Source of the DNA: Obrimoposthia wandeli
Taxonomy: Eukaryota
NCBI GenBank assembly: GCA_977020255.1
Contig: CDROCS010002783.1
Span: 1-64,000, forward strand
Direction: 5' to 3'
Length of the DNA stretch: 64,000 nucleotides
The position numbers and the translations under genes were made by a program. Each line of letters opens with the position of its first letter. The first letter of the stretch is position 1. The notes beneath the pieces are model-generated. The model ran no database searches, was not told where the DNA came from, and saw only the letters and a program-made list of their open reading frames with translations. Below are positions 60,181 through 64,000 of the stretch, in pieces.

Positions 60181-61028
60181 TTTGTCGACTAATGATCTAG
60201 AACAGTTTATTTTTAATTGATAATCACACAAAAAATGTCACCTGTCTATTTCGATTTTCTCCTCGTAGTTCCTGTGCCGTTACCTCTTAGTCGATTCCGT
60301 ATTTGTGTTTGTGCTAAATTGTCGCTTCCTTATATATGAACAGTCGTGTCAATCAAATGACAGCTGTTAACCGTAGTTGCTGAAAGTTCCTGTTGAGTCT
60401 CCGAAGCCTGTCAATCAATGACAGCTGCAAAAAATAAATTTTAGTTATTGCACGCAAATGTGCTTACCTTTCTTCTTCTTGATTGACGGTTTTAATTAAC
60501 CGTTTTTCTTTCTTAATTTAGTGTCTTTTCCTTAATTACTTTTTGCAATTGTCCCTTTTGGGTTAATTAATTTAACTTTTATACATTTTCGCATAATACA
60601 CGACCTTCGTGGTCCTCCTAATTTTACCCTAATATTTCACTAATTTTACTTCTAAAACTCAACTTAATATTTTAATTTAATTTTCGACCTTGCTTTCAAG
60701 GATTTTTATTTTAGTATTTAATCAACTAAAATATTTAATTTTCTTAATTCTCAACCTTAACATACCTCGGGGGTTCCAAAAAAGTTACGTCCCCGGAACG
60801 TATCGATTTTACTTAAACAAGCCTTTGGCTGTTGTTTTTAGGTTCATCCCTACAAAATCAATCATTCAACTTCAACAAACATGCCCAAAAAAAAATTTTC
60901 CAAAACCCGGTTTTTAGTGGAAAATTATAATGCATAAGTTGGAGCATGTCTCAATTTATACATTATTACTACGACAACCAAAAAAAATTATACAAGGGAA
61001 AGGATCAAGGGTGATTGTCGGGGATTTG

Positions 61029-61532
61029 TCAATTGTTCCGGTCTCTCAAAAACAGCAAGACCTGCTCCAGTGGTAGTTCTGGATACGATGGTGGGCCGCC
61101 ATCGTACAGTATCATCTGCTGGCGCATGGTGAGGTGTTGACTCGGGTGGAAAATAGTTGTATATCGCCCGTGTATTCCGCGATTTCCGAGCCATATTTGA
61201 CGGCCACGCTGCCATGAGCGGGGGTCGCGAGTTGACCGGTATTTCTCGCGGAGGGCGAGTTTTGCATCGCGACGGCGCGCGATACAGTCGGGGCACTGGC
61301 AGTGCTCGCCACCAATACAGCTGGTGAGCGAATGGGTGCCCTTGTGGCGCCCTCGACACTGTAGTGTCCATTCCGCGAAGGGAGTACGGCAAAAGGGGCA
61401 ATTGATATGTCCTTCGGGTCGAAGTCGGGCCCAAGTATATAGGCAGGATTCGTGGAACTTGTGGCGGCAGCCGACAGGGGATGCTGATGCCGCCCAAATT
61501 TTCTCCATGCATACAGCGCACTTCATCTGCAT
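61029..61532 (-). CDS. RING-H2 protein 1 (167 aa) with a second Cys motif and PPSY
   Basis: CAVC...CRHKFHESC..TW...CPFC; then C-x5-CQCPDC; GGPPSYP near the C-terminus. Confidence 0.85.
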   Translation of the reverse strand: MQMKCAVCMEKIWAASASPVGCRHKFHESCLYTWARLRPEGHINCPFCRTPFAEWTLQCRGRHKGTHSLTSCIGGEHCQCPDCIARRRDAKLALREKYRSTRDPRSWQRGRQIWLGNRGIHGRYTTIFHPSQHLTMRQQMILYDGGPPSYPELPLEQVLLFLRDRNN

Positions 61533-61866
61533 GAGAAAATAACTCCTTTCAATTTGGGGTTCACCGTTCTCATCGTTAATTTAAATTTTATTTCAAAATG
61601 AATCTTTAGTTATCTAATCCTACCGAGTTTTGTTTCGATTTTAGGCATGTTTACGCATTCACACTAAGCATAAAAATTGTCTTTTTTAGAAATTCAGTAT
61701 AATAATTACAATTTCAGTTAAACATCATACATAAAAATGGTAATGGTCAATTTACAGTTCACAAGATTATATAATTATGATTACAATTATGGTAGCTAAT
61801 TTATCGCGGTATGCGATACACAGGGTAGTTCATGATGTCACGTTCAAGTCAGAAAGTTACCTTCGA

Positions 61867-62172
61867 TTATTGTTGGGGATTGGGCTGGCCTGTGCTTCGC
61901 TCCTCCACGCAGAACGAGCACCAGCAATCGCAGATGGTTTTCCAGCAGTGTACGATGGGTACCACTGCTTGGAGGCTGTCTTGGTTGTACACGTAGTGTA
62001 CTGAGAAGGTCGCTCTGCACATTGGGCAGGTTGGGAAGTCGAGGGGGTTGTTGCTGTTGGCAATGGGGATCCACGTCTCGAGGCATTCGACGTGGAAGAG
62101 GTGGTCGCAGTTGTTGGGCTTGGTGTAGAAGTCCACGATGCTCTCGTAGCAGATGGAACATTCTCCAGACAT
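61867..62172 (-). CDS. RING-H2 protein 2 (101 aa)
   Basis: CSIC...CDHLFHVEC..TW...CPMC; then CWKTICDCWCSFC. Confidence 0.9.
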   Translation of the reverse strand: MSGECSICYESIVDFYTKPNNCDHLFHVECLETWIPIANSNNPLDFPTCPMCRATFSVHYVYNQDSLQAVVPIVHCWKTICDCWCSFCVEERSTGQPNPQQ

Positions 62173-62232
62173 TACTGTGGGAGGGTTGATGTTGAATTTG
62201 GGCTCGATTGAGGACTGGTGGTTGTGTGATCT

Positions 62233-62532
62233 TTACACAAAAGTGGTCTGATTTTGTCGATCTGACAAACAGTAATAACACCAACACTCTCCGAAATTCT
62301 TCCAGCAGAATACCACCTGTACATATACATCCCTTTGGTTGGGTTCTAACATGACGAATCTTGCGAATTGTCTTCTGCATATAGGGCAACGAGGGTATGT
62401 TGGGTGTCCGAACTGTCCATAAGTTCTGATCCATGTCGATAAACATTCCTCGTGGTGTAAATGGTTGCAGGTTTCGGGTCTTGTTCTTCGTTCGGTTAGA
62501 TCTTCTAAACATATTGGGCATTCTTCGGCCAT
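62233..62532 (-). CDS. RING-H2 protein 3 (99 aa)
   Basis: CPIC...CNHLHHEEC..TW...CPIC; then CWKNFGECWCYYC. Confidence 0.9.
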   Translation of the reverse strand: MAEECPICLEDLTERRTRPETCNHLHHEECLSTWIRTYGQFGHPTYPRCPICRRQFARFVMLEPNQRDVYVQVVFCWKNFGECWCYYCLSDRQNQTTFV

Positions 62533-62655
62533 TCTAAATACATGATGATGATTAAATTCTACATGAGTTTTATATACTTCTACTATTTGTACAATCGCTT
62601 CTAGATATTTCTACATATTTCACACACTAATTTATCTACAACCTCCTCTGACTCA

Positions 62656-62913
62656 TCATATCTTGATGGGAGGCGGAGGTAAGTCTAATTCCACTTCCTC
62701 CATGATGGGTGTGTCACAGCATCGCAATCCTTCGCATTTTCGTCGTATTCCTGGGCATACTTGACTGCCTTTTACGCACACGACTGTCAATAGAACCACT
62801 GCTGTTGATACTACGGCCATTCCAATTAGGGCATTTACCGCTGTTATTCCGCTGTCTGATGTTTTATAATCATACTTCATTTTGTTGTTTGTCGGTTCGA
62901 ATGATATTTCCAT
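62656..62913 (-). CDS. Small single-pass membrane protein
   Basis: Hydrophobic ITAVNALIGMAVVSTAVVLLTVVCV, followed by juxtamembrane Cys residues and LPPPP. Confidence 0.6.
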   Translation of the reverse strand: MEISFEPTNNKMKYDYKTSDSGITAVNALIGMAVVSTAVVLLTVVCVKGSQVCPGIRRKCEGLRCCDTPIMEEVELDLPPPPIKI

Positions 62914-63161
62914 GGGTTTTGATCAGTTTCCATGTATTATGTCCGATTTTCTAAAAATTCGGGGATTTGGGTGTTTTGTTTCTGATGGAACAGGTATTAT
63001 TATTTTGGATTGGAAATGATGTTTGGGATCTAGTGGGATCGTTCCCCTCACTCTTGTCCTCTTAATAATTGTACTTTGGTTTCTGGGATTGGACTCTTTT
63101 TCTTTCGCTTCTGTCTTTGTTTTGATCACTGTCGGTTTCTTGGAATGTCGTTTACTTTCGA

Positions 63162-64000
63162 TTACCTTTGCCTTCTTTTGACTAGGATTGGTCTTCTGGG
63201 AATGATTTTCCTGGGTTTGATACTTATACCGTATCTACGAAATCGACGGTTCTGGTATCTTAGAGTTATGTAGAATATTTCACCTGTTATTATCATGATT
63301 ATGGTCGAGGTCTCTGTAGAATTACTGGCAATTCGATTACACAGACATTCTGTGTTAAAATGTGGTACTAACATTTGGCTTTGGATTTCGAATCTGATTA
63401 CGCCATCTGGGTTGGGACACATTACTGTCACGCTGTCAGTTTCTAGCAATCTGAAAAATATCCTAACGGAATTCCATACGGCTTTACGTCGTCTACCTGT
63501 GATCATAATCCTGTCAACAATTTTCCAGATGCGCTCATCTCTAGGTAATATTAATGACTTTGTTCGGATACTTTGGATAATCCGCTTCCTCTTTGATATT
63601 GTTATCCGTAGGTATAACACTCTTTCATGATGCAATAATATTAAATTGTAAACGGGTGTATTTTGGTCGATTTTTATTCTGACCTGTCGGATGACATACA
63701 ATTTCTGATCGATATTGTCAGTTGCTGACGTCTGTAGATGAATGTCTACTACGTGATTTGTTTTTAGTAAGGGAATTTCTATGTATATTGCCCGTATTAC
63801 GTCTTGTCTCCATTTACTGATCATGATCTCATAACTAGCCTTGGTAGTGGTGATTTGTACGATCAGCATGATTCCTATGATCGTTCGATTCCTAAACTCA
63901 GGAACTTCAATGAAACAAGTCAAATTACTCATATAGTACGGTCTTTCCTCTATGTGTTCATATATCGTTGGCTGGTACTCTGGTGCTGGTTCATCTAGAA
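63162..64000 (-). CDS. Long Ile/Arg-rich hypothetical protein; frame open to the window edge
   Basis: ORF 63162..63932 continues upstream as LDEPAPEYQPTIYEHIEERPYY with no stop before the window end. No family recognised. Confidence 0.55.
   Translation of the reverse strand, partial: LDEPAPEYQPTIYEHIEERPYYMSNLTCFIEVPEFRNRTIIGIMLIVQITTTKASYEIMISKWRQDVIRAIYIEIPLLKTNHVVDIHLQTSATDNIDQKLYVIRQVRIKIDQNTPVYNLILLHHERVLYLRITISKRKRIIQSIRTKSLILPRDERIWKIVDRIMITGRRRKAVWNSVRIFFRLLETDSVTVMCPNPDGVIRFEIQSQMLVPHFNTECLCNRIASNSTETSTIIMIITGEIFYITLRYQNRRFRRYGISIKPRKIIPRRPILVKRRQR

Noticed and set aside
60988-62521. Overlapping ORFs 60988..61521 and 61844..62521
   Set aside because: Alternative-frame or antisense to RING ORFs that have clear motifs.

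Overview
AT-rich eukaryotic DNA from a compact-intron genome: well-supported GT-AG introns are mostly 37-48 nt. No rRNA, tRNA or CRISPR is visible. The window is a graveyard of virus-like and transposable elements interleaved with ankyrin-repeat genes. (1) At least four Polinton/Maverick (adintovirus-like) remnants: a protein-primed PolB with an embedded endonuclease VII domain (5355-8690); a 7.8-kb element with ~0.7-0.8-kb TIRs (32230-40028) carrying penton, integrase-chromodomain, a QxGGF-type protein and a packaging ATPase; a major-capsid N-terminal fragment; and a second QxGGF+integrase fragment. Three remnants share an unusual accessory module: a two-repeat TBP-like gene split by a position-conserved 37-40-nt spliceosomal intron, next to a dual-specificity-phosphatase-fold gene whose catalytic Cys is Gly in every copy. 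The PolB gene also appears to be spliced. (2) A decayed RT-RNase H whose RNase H resembles hepadnavirus/nackednavirus/HEART proteins is nested in a Gypsy pol (about 49000-50570), with a possible core-like ORF upstream. (3) An intronless virus-like gene block at the right end (three RING-H2 paralogs, a TM protein, a long I/R-rich ORF) lies next to an array of 12 covarying palindromes and a 23-bp minisatellite. (4) Also present: a multi-kb inverted duplication containing a non-LTR RT, a ~0.9-kb foldback palindrome, a perfect 42-bp palindrome, a dispersed three-way-junction motif, and gag, BEL/Pao, hAT and Tc1 fragments. All family assignments are motif recognition by eye; no database searches were run.
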